64,000 nt of DNA from an uncultured Alphaproteobacteria bacterium. Lineage in GTDB: Bacteria > Pseudomonadota > Alphaproteobacteria > Rhizobiales > Hyphomicrobiaceae. The stretch covers positions 82,841 through 146,840 of the forward strand of contig CAWIZC010000011.1 of NCBI GenBank assembly GCA_963840445.1, read 5' to 3'. Of this stretch, positions 31,422-43,252 are shown one piece after another. A program made the position numbers and the translations under genes. A model generated the notes under the pieces. It was not told the origin of the DNA, searched no databases, and was given only the letters and a program-made list of their open reading frames with translations. The stretch's first letter is position 1, and the number at the start of each line of letters is the position of its first letter.

Positions 31422-32579
31422 GTGCTGTTCAAGTTCACGGTGGTGGTCAAGGATGACGAGCGCGCGTTCCTGACGCGCGATGGCCGGTTCGAGCGCCTGC
31501 TCGGCCCTGGCCGCTTCACGACCTTCGCCTTTCACGGTCGCCTGGCGGCCGAGGTGGTGAAGGTGGTGCGCGCGGAGATCGCGGCCGACAAGGCGCTGCT
31601 GCTGGCCAAGACGCATCCCGAGGTTGCCGCGGAGCACTTCGAGATCGTCCGCACCGGCGCCAACGAGGTCGCCATCGTATCGTTCGACGGCGAGGCCAAG
31701 CATCTCGTCAACCCGAACGCGACGCGCGCCTTCTGGAAGACCATCACCAAGGTCGACGTCGATCGCATCGACGCCGGCACCGACGTGCGCGTCGCCAAGA
31801 AGCATCTCGACCGGCTCGACCTGTCGCGCATGCCGCTGGTGGTGCACGGCATCGTGGAGGCGCACGAGGTGGGCCTACTGTTCGTCGACGGCCAGCTGAC
31901 CGAGCGCCTGGCGTCCGGCCGGCATGCCTTCTGGGCGGTGGGCCGCACGGTGCGGATCCAGAAGATCGACGTCCGTCCGACGCCGCTCGAGGTGACGGCG
32001 CAGGAGATCCTGACCAAGGATCGCGTCGGCATCCGCGTGACGCTGACAGCGTTCACGCGTGTGATCGATCCGGAGAAGACGGTGCTGGCGTCGGGCGACG
32101 TCGCCAACACGGTCTACCGGCTCGTGCAGTTCGCGATCCGCGAGGCGGTGGCGATGCGCACGCTGGACGAGATCCTGGCTGCGCGCGACACGGTCGACCG
32201 CGAAGTGCGCGGCTTCGTGACCGAGCGTGCCAGCAACCTCGGCGTCGAGATCGGCGAGATCGGCGTCAAGGACGTCATCCTGCCGGGCGACGTGCGCGAA
32301 CTGCTGAACAAGGTCGTGGAGGCAGAGCGGACGGCAAAGGCCAACCTGATCCGCCGCCAGGAGGAGACGGCAGCCACGCGCTCGCTGCTCAACACGGCAC
32401 GGCTGATGGAGGACAACCCTCTGCTGCTACGCCTGAAGGAGCTGGAGGCGTTGGAGAAGCTGGTCGAGAAGGTCGGCCGCATCGATCTGCATGCGGGTGC
32501 CGGAGCCGGCGGCTTCGACGCACTGCTGCAGAACCTCTACCGCCTGCGCGCTGAGGGCGAGGCGGTAAAGCCGTCCTGA
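31422..32579 (+). CDS. SPFH/band-7 (slipin/stomatin-like) domain protein
   Basis: 385 aa, GTG start; SPFH core …LEVTAQEILTKDRVGIRVTLTAFTRVIDP… and C-terminal coiled-coil …AERTAKANLIRRQEETAATR…. Confidence 0.7.
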   Translation: MLFKFTVVVKDDERAFLTRDGRFERLLGPGRFTTFAFHGRLAAEVVKVVRAEIAADKALLLAKTHPEVAAEHFEIVRTGANEVAIVSFDGEAKHLVNPNATRAFWKTITKVDVDRIDAGTDVRVAKKHLDRLDLSRMPLVVHGIVEAHEVGLLFVDGQLTERLASGRHAFWAVGRTVRIQKIDVRPTPLEVTAQEILTKDRVGIRVTLTAFTRVIDPEKTVLASGDVANTVYRLVQFAIREAVAMRTLDEILAARDTVDREVRGFVTERASNLGVEIGEIGVKDVILPGDVRELLNKVVEAERTAKANLIRRQEETAATRSLLNTARLMEDNPLLLRLKELEALEKLVEKVGRIDLHAGAGAGGFDALLQNLYRLRAEGEAVKPS

Positions 32580-32586
32580 TCTACCC

Positions 32587-32687
32587 GTCATCCCGGACCG
32601 GCGCACTCGCGCCGGTCCGGGACTTCACCGCAGGGGGCAAGTCCCGGGCAGCTTCGGCTGCACCTCAGCTTCCGGGGTTGACGGGTG
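32587..32687. repeat. two adjacent copies of the GTCCCGGA…TCCGGGATGAC palindromic repeat family
   Basis: 32587-32623 and 32641-32687; homologous to elements at 2880-2918, 15394-15440, 24029-24070. Confidence 0.65.
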
Positions 32688-32773
32688 CGATGTGAAACGC
32701 AGGCATTGAATCAGAAGGAGCAGCTCGCGCGAGCCGCTCCTTTTTTGCATTCCCGAAGCGATCGTTCCGGTGA

Positions 32774-34537
32774 TCAGCCGCGCAGGCGGTTGCGTACAAA
32801 GCGCGGAAAATCCTCGTTCTCGCCCTTGTCCGGCCCGCCACGCTCGTTCTCCTTGGCGCGACCATCGTCCCGCGTCCACCAGCGCGATCCCGATGGCGCA
32901 GGCTCCGGCGTCGACTTCGGCAGCGGCGGGATTTGCCCGATCTGGGTCGGCAGCGCCGCCGGAGTGTTGCCGGGGGCGCCCCCGCTGCTGCGCTGAGCCG
33001 GCGTTGCGCTCTGTGTTTGCGCGGGCACCTGCGGCGTCGATCCGCCGGCGAACCAGGCATCGATCAGGTCGAGTTCGTCGGCGGACAGGTTGAGGCCCTG
33101 GCCGCGGCAGCGTGCCACCACGAAGTTGCGGAAGCGGCCGGCGAACAGGTTGGCCGACGCTCCCTGCTCGAACCAGGGATCGGCCTCGCTCACCACCTCG
33201 AGCACGAAGCGCACGTCGTCGCGGCGCACATCGAGGCCCTTCTCCTGCGCCCGCTGCGTGATATTGGCCAGCGTCTGCGCTCCGATCAGATCGTTCTCGC
33301 TGATCTCGGTGGCCATCACCTCGAACAGAACCCGATACTCGTGCGGCGACATGGGTGGCGCCTGGCAAGCCTCGTGGATGCGCGCAATCGACTGCTGGAT
33401 GGCCGTGGAGGTTGCCCCCGCCGGCGCGAGGCCTGCGGCCGCAACCGTCGCCGAGCGTGCGGTGGATGCGGCGGTGCCGGCGCGTGGCGTGGCAGCCGCA
33501 GGCTGCGATGTGGGAGTGATGCCGTATTGGGCGAGCGGGTCGGGCTGGCCGCCCCCTGCAGTCAGTTGTGGGGCCAAGCCGGCCGCCGCAGCCATATCGG
33601 CTGCCGCCTCGCGCAGCAATGCGGCCGGCCGCATGGTGTCAAGTGTATGCCGCTTGGTGTCCATGGCCAGGTACGGCGGGTCGTCGGTCAGGCGGATGTC
33701 GCCGGGCAGGCTCTGGCGCAGCAGCTCGCGGAAGCTGCCGGCGCCGGCCCAGCCGGTGGCGATGGTCTTCTCGTGGCCAAGCGCGCGCACCGCACGATCG
33801 GCCAGCGCCTCGAGCGGCACTGGAGTGTTGGAGGCACGCACGCCGGCCACCACTTCGGCCAGAATCTCGCGGCGCCCTTCGTCGGCCCTGAGCGAGGGCG
33901 TGAGCACGCCCGACGTCAGGTTGCCGCCGTTCTCGGCACCACCCGGCAGTTGGCCGCTGAGGATCAGCTGGATGAGGTCGGACTCGCGCACCTCGCCGTC
34001 GCTGATGGCGGTGTAGGGGGCGGCGGTGAAGTCGTTGGCGAAGATGACCGTGCGGCGCGCATGCGCGCGCAGACGATGCAGCACCGGCGTGAAGTCGGCG
34101 TCGCCGGACAGGATGATGAATTCGTCGAAGTAGGTGTCGTGCGTGAGGTAGTCGCGCACGTCCATGACCATGCGGATGTCGGAGGAGTTCTTCAGCTGGG
34201 CGGTGAGCGGCGGGCAGTCCACCACCTCGAAGCCGGCGCGCAGGAAGTGGTGACGCACGAACGGGAAGGAGTTCATGTCGGTCGAGTTGTCATGCGTATT
34301 GCGACGGGGCACCGGGTTGCCGTAGCAGCGGTTCATGACGATGCGGCGATCGTTGCCGCCGAATGCCGAGTTGGTCGGGGTGATCAGACGGCCGCTCTCG
34401 ATCTCGTGCAGCCACGCGCTGGCGTCCTTGGCGAAACGCTTGGCCGCCTCCTCGCTCTTGCGCTTGAGCGACAAGTAAATGTTGTCGTAGTCGACGAAAA
34501 CCGCGCTGAGGCACGGCCCACCTGCTTCCCTCTTCAT
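32774..34537 (-). CDS. NYN (LabA-like PIN-fold nuclease) domain protein with C-terminal OST-HTH/LOTUS-like region
   Basis: N-terminal …VFVDYDNIYLS…ILSGDADFTPVLHRLR NYN motifs; low-complexity Ala/Pro linker; C-terminal helical domain …YRVLFEVMATEISENDLIGAQTLANITQRAQEKG…. Confidence 0.7.
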   Translation of the reverse strand: MKREAGGPCLSAVFVDYDNIYLSLKRKSEEAAKRFAKDASAWLHEIESGRLITPTNSAFGGNDRRIVMNRCYGNPVPRRNTHDNSTDMNSFPFVRHHFLRAGFEVVDCPPLTAQLKNSSDIRMVMDVRDYLTHDTYFDEFIILSGDADFTPVLHRLRAHARRTVIFANDFTAAPYTAISDGEVRESDLIQLILSGQLPGGAENGGNLTSGVLTPSLRADEGRREILAEVVAGVRASNTPVPLEALADRAVRALGHEKTIATGWAGAGSFRELLRQSLPGDIRLTDDPPYLAMDTKRHTLDTMRPAALLREAAADMAAAAGLAPQLTAGGGQPDPLAQYGITPTSQPAAATPRAGTAASTARSATVAAAGLAPAGATSTAIQQSIARIHEACQAPPMSPHEYRVLFEVMATEISENDLIGAQTLANITQRAQEKGLDVRRDDVRFVLEVVSEADPWFEQGASANLFAGRFRNFVVARCRGQGLNLSADELDLIDAWFAGGSTPQVPAQTQSATPAQRSSGGAPGNTPAALPTQIGQIPPLPKSTPEPAPSGSRWWTRDDGRAKENERGGPDKGENEDFPRFVRNRLRG

Positions 34538-34970
34538 ATGAAACAACCCCCAACCTGCCGTAGTGTTGTTTGCATGACGTGCAAAATCGTACGGCTTACA
34601 ATTTCCCGCCACCCGCAAAATCATCCGAGTCGGGTTGGCGCCGCAAGCGCAGCCGGGCGGCGGTGCCGAGCCAAACGCAATAACCTGAAACACGTCAGAT
34701 ACTTGATGCTGGATTTCGCGGTGGGAAAAGCGTGGACAACCAGTGGAGTGGCACAAGAGTGACGCGCAAGCGCCGCCTTGAGGTCACACCGTTCAACGAA
34801 TCCGGGTGTTGGATTCGAGTCGGTTCGGATCGCGTCACCCGGTTGGCCCAGGGTCGAGTCGCGATCAGCGGCCTTGTGCTGAGCGCGTCGATACAAAGAT
34901 GGCCCAACTCGTTCGCCCTTCGACAAGCGCAGGGCTGAGGGCGCCTGCGTCTGCATAAACCGGAAGGACG

Positions 34971-35405
34971 CTAGGGGACGAAGCCGGACGGCGCCATTTC
35001 GAAGCCGGCGAACTCGAATCCGGGCGCGACCGTGCATCCGACCAGCGTCCAGGCGCCGGCACTGTGCGCCTGCTGCCAGGCGTGAGCCGGAACGACCGCC
35101 TGCGGGCGTTGCCCGGCAGCGAGATCGGACCCCAGCGTGATGGTCTGCCGGCCCGCACCGTCCGTGATGGAGAGCACCAGCGGCGCACCGGCGTACCAAT
35201 GCCAGACCTCGGCGGCGTCGACGCGGTGCCAGCGCGACACCTCGCCCGCGCGCAGCAGGAAGTAGATGGCCGTGGAGACGGCGCGCCCGCCCTGTAGGCC
35301 CGCAGTGTCGCGAAAGGTCTCGCGGAAATGGCCGCCCTCCGGGTGCGGCGCGAGGCCGAGAAGCGCGATGATGGCGTCGGCGGAGATTTGTGTCGTGCTC
35401 ATCAC
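34971..35405 (-). CDS. cupin domain protein (DUF985-like)
   Basis: 144 aa; …GGHFRETFRD…STAIYFLLRAGEVSRWHRV…EVWHWYAG…. Confidence 0.6.
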   Translation of the reverse strand: MMSTTQISADAIIALLGLAPHPEGGHFRETFRDTAGLQGGRAVSTAIYFLLRAGEVSRWHRVDAAEVWHWYAGAPLVLSITDGAGRQTITLGSDLAAGQRPQAVVPAHAWQQAHSAGAWTLVGCTVAPGFEFAGFEMAPSGFVP

Positions 35406-35411
35406 GCGCGC

Positions 35412-35555
35412 TCCCTCTCCCGCGCCTCACCAACCGCTCTTCGGGCTTCGACCGGGGGAGAGGGTCGGGGTGAGGGGCAGCAACACCCGCCGGAGCAAGC
35501 GTGTGCCCCTCACCCTGGCCCTCTCCCCATGCGAAGATGGCATGGGGGAGAGGGA
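35412..35555. repeat. REP-like composite palindromic element, copy 2
   Basis: CCCTCTCCC…GGGGGAGAGGGTCGGGGTGAGGGGCAG-loop-TGCCCCTCACCCTGGCCCTCTCCCC-ATGCGAAGATGGCAT-GGGGGAGAGGG. Confidence 0.7.
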
Positions 35556-35570
35556 ACGTCGAACCCTCGC

Positions 35571-36338
35571 TCAGCCGCGGTTCTTGCGCTCGCGGATCTC
35601 GCCGAAGATCTGCCAGTCCGGCTTGCCGACCATGCCGAGGCGCTGCTGGATGGCCGGCACGTTGGGACGCAGGAAGGGATTGGTCTCCAATTCCAGGTCC
35701 ATGCGGGTGGGCAGGGTCGGCTTGCCGGCGGCGCGCAGGGCATCGACCTCCTTGGCGCGCTTCTGCAGGGCCGCATTGTCGGGCTCGATGGTGAGCGCAA
35801 AGCGGGCATTGGCTTGCGTATACTCATGGCCGCAATAGACCACCGTCTCCTTCGGCAGGGCGATCAGCTTTTTCAGCGACTCCCACATCATCTCGGCGTT
35901 GCCCTCGATGACGCGGCCGCAGCCGATGGCAAACAGCGTGTCGCCGACGAAAGCGACGCCGGCCGACGGAATCCAATAGGTGATATGGCCGGCGGTATGG
36001 CCGGGCGTGTCGAGCACGTGCACCTCATGCTCGCCGAAGCGGAAGGCGTCGCCCTGCCCGACCTTGGTGTCGATGCCCGGGATCTTGGCGGCCTCCGCGC
36101 GCGGCCCGATGATGGTGCAGCCGGTCGCCTGCTTGATTTCCAGGTTGCCGCCGGTGTGATCATGATGGTGATGCGTGGTCAGGATATGCGTGAGCTTCCA
36201 GCCCTTGGCCTGCAGGGCGGCTGTGACGGCCGTGGCGTCGGGCACGTCGATGGCCGCAGTGGCGCCACCGGAATCGTGGATCAGCACACCGTAGTTGTCG
36301 GAAAGGCACGGAAACTGGTGAATCTCGAGTTTGGCCAT
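35571..36338 (-). CDS. gloB: hydroxyacylglutathione hydrolase (glyoxalase II)
   Basis: MAKLEIHQFPCLSDNYGVLIHD…THHHHDHTGGN…GHTAGHI metallo-beta-lactamase motifs. Confidence 0.9.
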   Translation of the reverse strand: MAKLEIHQFPCLSDNYGVLIHDSGGATAAIDVPDATAVTAALQAKGWKLTHILTTHHHHDHTGGNLEIKQATGCTIIGPRAEAAKIPGIDTKVGQGDAFRFGEHEVHVLDTPGHTAGHITYWIPSAGVAFVGDTLFAIGCGRVIEGNAEMMWESLKKLIALPKETVVYCGHEYTQANARFALTIEPDNAALQKRAKEVDALRAAGKPTLPTRMDLELETNPFLRPNVPAIQQRLGMVGKPDWQIFGEIRERKNRG

Positions 36339-36492
36339 TTGCCAGAGCCTCGTCGTTTTGCTTGCATTTTCGTGGTCTAGACGCACCTAGTGTGAGGACA
36401 CTAGCAGGCGATTTATCGAATTCAACCACGCTCCGCTTGGCACAGCTTGAGCATGCGCCGGAGCTCTCGGGAAACTAGCGGCTCAGACCTCG

Positions 36493-37269
36493 ATGCACCC
36501 TGACGTCCTCGAGCTTCGCGCCTTCTACGCCAGCACGCTCGGCAGCGTGGTGCGCCGGCTGCTGGCCGGTCGCATCCGGGCGCGCTGGCGCAGCGTCAGC
36601 GGGGCGCAGCTGATGGGCCTCGGCTTTGCCGTTCCCTACCTCGGCACCTTCCGCGGCGAGGCGGCAAGGCTCGGCGCCCTGATGCCGGCGAGCCAGGGTG
36701 CGGTGGCCTGGCCCGCATCCGGCAATGGCCACACGGTGATGGTCGAAGAGGCCATGTTGCCGCTGCCCGATGCCAGCATCGACCGGCTGCTCGCCGTGCA
36801 TTGCCTGGAGGCCTCCGAACGGACCGGAGCGCTGCTGCGCGAGATGTGGCGCGTGCTGACCCCCGAGGGCCGCCTGCTGCTGATCGTGCCGAACCGGCGC
36901 GGCGTATGGGCGCGCATGGATTCCACCCCGTTCGGCCACGGGCGGCCCTACAGCCGCGGGCAGCTCGAGCGGCTGCTGACCGACTCGCTGTTCACCCCCA
37001 TCGAGTGGACCAACGCCCTCTACATGCCCCCGCTGGATCGGCAGTGGCTGATCCGCTGGGCCACCGCCTTCGAGCGCATGGGACCGCGCCTGTGGCCGGC
37101 CTTTGCCGGCATCATCATGGTGGAGGCGCGCAAGGAGCTGATGGGCGCGCTGCCGGCCAAAGCCAAGGTGCGCCGCGCCACCCAGCTCGCGCCGGCCGAA
37201 GGAGCGCTCAAGCGCAATGGATCGCAGAAAATCCAAAGTGCCAACGCCGCTGTCATCAAGGTCTCATGA
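36493..37269 (+). CDS. class I SAM-dependent methyltransferase (Methyltransf_11-like)
   Basis: 258 aa; divergent from gloB, a conserved alphaproteobacterial arrangement; …DASIDRLLAVHCLE… motif II-like. Confidence 0.6.
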   Translation: MHPDVLELRAFYASTLGSVVRRLLAGRIRARWRSVSGAQLMGLGFAVPYLGTFRGEAARLGALMPASQGAVAWPASGNGHTVMVEEAMLPLPDASIDRLLAVHCLEASERTGALLREMWRVLTPEGRLLLIVPNRRGVWARMDSTPFGHGRPYSRGQLERLLTDSLFTPIEWTNALYMPPLDRQWLIRWATAFERMGPRLWPAFAGIIMVEARKELMGALPAKAKVRRATQLAPAEGALKRNGSQKIQSANAAVIKVS

Positions 37270-37472
37270 TTTGGCTGGGAGCACTGCAGCGGACGCGGTT
37301 GCCATACAGCGCCACCCCGTGCCGCGCGAGCTGTACCAACCTGAGGTGTACCGACCAGCCGGGCACCGATGCCTGCAATTGACGTAAAATTGCATGACCC
37401 GTCTCAGCGACTGCTCCACCTGCACCAAGCACCATCGGCCCACGGTTCGGGTGCACAGGCTGGGAGCATGCC

Positions 37473-37742
37473 ATGATGAGTTCACGCAGCGCGATGTATC
37501 TGCCGGTGCTTGCCGTGGCCATTTGCCTGCCAAACGTGGTGGCGGCCCAGGAAGACCCAAAGAACGTCATCGCCGCGCATATCCGCATGCAGGGTTTTGC
37601 GTGCGACAAGCCGGTCAGCGCCGAGCGCGAGCGTGGGGCTTCAAGGCCCAACGAAGCGGTGTGGCTGCTCAAGTGCGAGAACCGCAGCTACCGGGTCCGC
37701 CTGGTTCCCGACATGGCGGCCGCCGTTCTCCCGCTCGACTGA
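37473..37742 (+). CDS. small secreted hypothetical protein (signal peptide)
   Basis: MMSSRSAMYLPVLAVAICLPNVVAAQ signal; two Cys. Confidence 0.45.
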   Translation: MMSSRSAMYLPVLAVAICLPNVVAAQEDPKNVIAAHIRMQGFACDKPVSAERERGASRPNEAVWLLKCENRSYRVRLVPDMAAAVLPLD

Positions 37743-37748
37743 GCGATG

Positions 37749-38744
37749 TCAGCGCGGCGACGCGTGCTTCGCGAGGAACTCCAGCGAACGCGTGAGCGCG
37801 AGCTTGCCGGCTTCGGTATCCAGATTGAACTGATACTCGTGCAGCGGCTTCTGGTTGGCTGGGAAGAAGAGGCGATCGACCGGGACGCCCTGCCTGGCGA
37901 GCGCGTCGGCCATGACCAGCGAGTGCGGCAGCAGCGGATCGCCATTGCCGGCCGAGATGAATGTCGGCGGAAATCTCGACGTCACGTACTGGATGATGGA
38001 GGCCAAGGCGAACTCGCGGTTGGTCCTGTGGTCACGGTTGCCGGTGTAGGACCACAGCACCGTCGTCATGAACCAGCCGAGTACCCCGTCGACCCTGAAT
38101 GCACCGACATCATAAGGACCGCAGTAGAGGATGGTGCCCGCGAGCTGCGATGGCTCGAGAGACGGCGTGATGCCGACCCTCTCGGCGTACTCGGACGAAG
38201 TTATGATGTTGGCGATCTGGGCGGATATATGCGCGCCGGCGGAGTCGCCCGCCAGCACGATGCGCTTCGGGTCGACGTGCAGTGTCCCTGCGTGCCTGAC
38301 GAGATAGGCGAGAGCCGAATTCACCTGCCGCACGGCCGTGGGGTAGGTCGTGCGCGGAGCCAGGGAGTAGTCGACCCCGACCACCGTGTAGCCGTTCGCG
38401 GCGAGGATCTTCAGATAGTTGGCGATGTGGTCCTTGCTGCCTGAGACGAAGCCTCCCCCGTGCACCCAAACGATGGTCGGCAATGCTCGCGACGTGCCTT
38501 CGACCTCGGATGGGTAGTAGACATCGAGGCGCGCATCGGCATCGGCTTCGTCGTAGTGTTCGTTGAGCCTGGCCTTGATATTGGTCGGGACATGCTTGGC
38601 GAGGGCCGCGTTCACGGCCTTGCCGCCTCTCTCGAAGACATAGCGGATCACGAGTGCCGACGGCCACGGGCTCAGGAAGGAGACCGCCAACAGCGCGATG
38701 ATGAGGATGGCGAAGGCGTCGAGTACGACCAGGATCATCCTCAC
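37749..38744 (-). CDS. alpha/beta hydrolase (esterase/lipase, HGGGF oxyanion motif)
   Basis: …IVWVHGGGFVSGS…LAGDSAGAHIS… catalytic GDSAG. Confidence 0.8.
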   Translation of the reverse strand: MRMILVVLDAFAILIIALLAVSFLSPWPSALVIRYVFERGGKAVNAALAKHVPTNIKARLNEHYDEADADARLDVYYPSEVEGTSRALPTIVWVHGGGFVSGSKDHIANYLKILAANGYTVVGVDYSLAPRTTYPTAVRQVNSALAYLVRHAGTLHVDPKRIVLAGDSAGAHISAQIANIITSSEYAERVGITPSLEPSQLAGTILYCGPYDVGAFRVDGVLGWFMTTVLWSYTGNRDHRTNREFALASIIQYVTSRFPPTFISAGNGDPLLPHSLVMADALARQGVPVDRLFFPANQKPLHEYQFNLDTEAGKLALTRSLEFLAKHASPR

Positions 38745-38852
38745 GGCCGGGCCTGGGCGGGTATTGCCCGCTTACTCTGCACCGATCCAGCTTCCAAGCG
38801 ATGCAGACTGCTTCGCGCGGCGATCACAGCAGTGGCAGGCGGCTTACACCAA

Positions 38853-40919
<2,067 letters not shown>

Positions 40920-41180
40920 GGACGTTCAAACCCCGTGGATGGCGAAAGCAGGGTCAGGCCGACGAACGCCACGCACGAAGGTTAGCCGGAGCCCACGAAT
41001 CCAGGGCTGCAGCGGTGCGCTCAAGTTGCACGGACGGCCCGGAATGGCAAGCGTGGGCGGGTGTCGCGGTGGACACACCGTGACGGGCCCAGCACGCCCG
41101 CCGCGATGGTCCTGGCGCCCTGCGGGGATATGCACAGCCTCGGACTCGTGCGGGCCGCTCGTCAGCCGGCCCGCTAGATC

Positions 41181-42164
41181 TCAGGTCCGCCCCTTCAATC
41201 CTGCAAATTTGACGACTTGTGCCCACTTCTCCGTCTCAGACGCTATGAACTGGGCGAACTCGGCGGGAGTAGCTGGAAACGGATCGGCTCCCAAGTCGGC
41301 AAACCGCTGCTTCAAACCGGGATCGGCGAGGCCAGCCATGATGGCGGTGCTCAGCGTCTCGATCGCCTCGTTGGGCGTCTGCCTTGGCGCCACGAGCCCG
41401 AACCAAGCACTGACATCGAATCCCGACAAGTACTCGTTCATGGCGGGAACGCCCGGCAGGACGTCGACGCGGCGCGGCGTGGTTACCGCGAGCGCCCGCA
41501 ATGTGCCCTCCTGGATGTGGCCAAGCGAACCCGGCAGCGTATCGAACATGACCTGCACATGGCCGCCGATGAGATCGCTCAATGCCGGGGAGGAGCCGCG
41601 GTAGTGGACGTGCACCATTTCGACATGGCTCAACATCATAAAGAGTTCGCCGGCCATGTGGTTGGATGTGCCGACGCTCGGTGACGCCGCGCTGATCAGC
41701 TTGGGGTTCCGACGGGCGTAGTCGATGAATTCCGGGACTGTGCGTGCCGGGAAGGAAGGGCTCACCACCATCACGAGGGGAACGCGTGCAACGCTGCCGA
41801 TGGGCGCCGTGTCCTGGATGAAATTGAAGGTCAGATTGTCGAACAGGGTCGCGTTGACGGCATTGGCGGGCGCCGCCCACAGAAGCGTGTAGCCGTCCGC
41901 GGGGGCCCTCACCACGGCCTCGGTGGCGATGTTGGTGCCGGCGCCTGGTCGGTTCACGACGACGAATGGCTGCCCCAGCCGCTCCGAAAGCCAGTCCGCC
42001 ATCAGCCGGGCCAGCACGCTGGACGAGCCGCCCGCAGCGACGCCGACCATCACTTGAACAGGTCTGCTTGGATAGGAGGCCACCGCCCAGCCCAGCCCCG
42101 GGCAGGCCGACAGGCATGCCGCGCCGCTGGCGAGTTGCAGGACATGTCGTCGGCTGATCTGCAT
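41181..42164 (-). CDS. Bug-family tripartite tricarboxylate transporter substrate-binding protein (TctC-like)
   Basis: 327 aa with signal peptide; …VVVNRPGAGTNIATEAV… Bug family core. Confidence 0.8.
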   Translation of the reverse strand: MQISRRHVLQLASGAACLSACPGLGWAVASYPSRPVQVMVGVAAGGSSSVLARLMADWLSERLGQPFVVVNRPGAGTNIATEAVVRAPADGYTLLWAAPANAVNATLFDNLTFNFIQDTAPIGSVARVPLVMVVSPSFPARTVPEFIDYARRNPKLISAASPSVGTSNHMAGELFMMLSHVEMVHVHYRGSSPALSDLIGGHVQVMFDTLPGSLGHIQEGTLRALAVTTPRRVDVLPGVPAMNEYLSGFDVSAWFGLVAPRQTPNEAIETLSTAIMAGLADPGLKQRFADLGADPFPATPAEFAQFIASETEKWAQVVKFAGLKGRT

Positions 42165-42281
42165 CGGTGACCTCCCGAGCCACGTAACAGTGTCATGGTC
42201 ACTCCCATCGGGCGTTCGGGGAATTCCATTTTTTCCTGATCCCCGTTAGGCTGGCGCCTAACTTAACCCTGGCCACCAGCC

Positions 42282-43239
42282 ATGCCGCAGATCACCAATT
42301 GGGAACAGCACATTGGCCGCCGAGTGCGCCTGCGCGACCTGTTCGTGTTCTTCACGGTTGGTCGAATGCGGCGGCATGGCCAAGGCAGCCAAACAGCTCG
42401 GCGTGTCGACGCCTTCGATCTCCGAATTGATCAGCGGTCTGGAGCAGGTGCTCGGCGCGCGTCTGCTCGATCGCACCTCGCGCGGCGTCGTTGCGACAGC
42501 TTGCGGCGAGGTGCTGCTTACCCGAGGGCGCGCAGCGTTCGACGAGCTTCGCCAGGGCTTTCGTCACATAGAGTTCATGTCGAGCTCGGCGGCGGGCGAG
42601 GTCCGCATTGCCTGCCCGGAATTGCTTGCGCATTTTCTGGTCACCAACGTGCTGTTCGAAGACCCGTTTGCAATCGTGGTCGGACGCCGCAGCAAGTGGG
42701 GGCGTCGCCGCAAAGTGGATCTGCTCGAGCTTGCCGAGGAGAAGTGGGTGCTGAATGTCGAGATCCTCTGACAGCCGTCCTTGCTTGTGAGCGCCGAGCC
42801 GGGACAGTGCCAAGTCGACCTTGCGATCGTGCAACTCGGGATATTCCAGGGACGGCCAGGTAATCTGCTGAACGTTGAAGCGGACACGCGGATATCGTTG
42901 CGCGACGCGTTCGATCACCAGACGCCGCCTGATGTGCTGGCTGGAATTTTGGTCGGCAAGGCGTTCGAGGCTCGCGGCTGCAAGGCACCGACGGCGCAAA
43001 TCGCGACGTCGTCCATTCATCTGCGCAACAATCTCGCAAGCCGCGGCGACTACATCGCCGTGCTTCCGCGTTCGGTGCTGCGGCTCGGCGCCAAGCAATA
43101 CGGGTTGAAGGAGCTGGCGATCCGCTTGGATTTCGGCCCGTCGCCGGTGGCCATCATCACCTTGAGGGGTCGCACGCTCACCCCGGCGACCCGCGCGACC
43201 ATTGACTGCGCGCGCGAGGTCGCAGCACGCATGCTATGA
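42282..43239 (+). pseudogene. LysR family transcriptional regulator, disrupted (1-nt insertion ~42357 and in-frame TGA at 42769)
   Basis: HTH …RLRDLFVFFTV|VECGGMAKAAKQLGVSTPSISELISGLEQVLGARLLDRTSRGV… split across two frames; substrate-binding domain continues through a TGA stop into ORF 42781..43239 (…GDYIAVLPRSVL…). Confidence 0.65.
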
Positions 43240-43252
43240 CGACGCTAACCGG

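Noticed and set aside
42352-43098. Minus-strand ORF whose translation contains a LysR-like RYPRVRFNVQQ…VDLALS stretch
   Set aside because: It is the reverse complement of the plus-strand LysR substrate-binding region around a palindromic GTCGAC. The HTH and C-terminal LysR domains are unambiguously on the plus strand.
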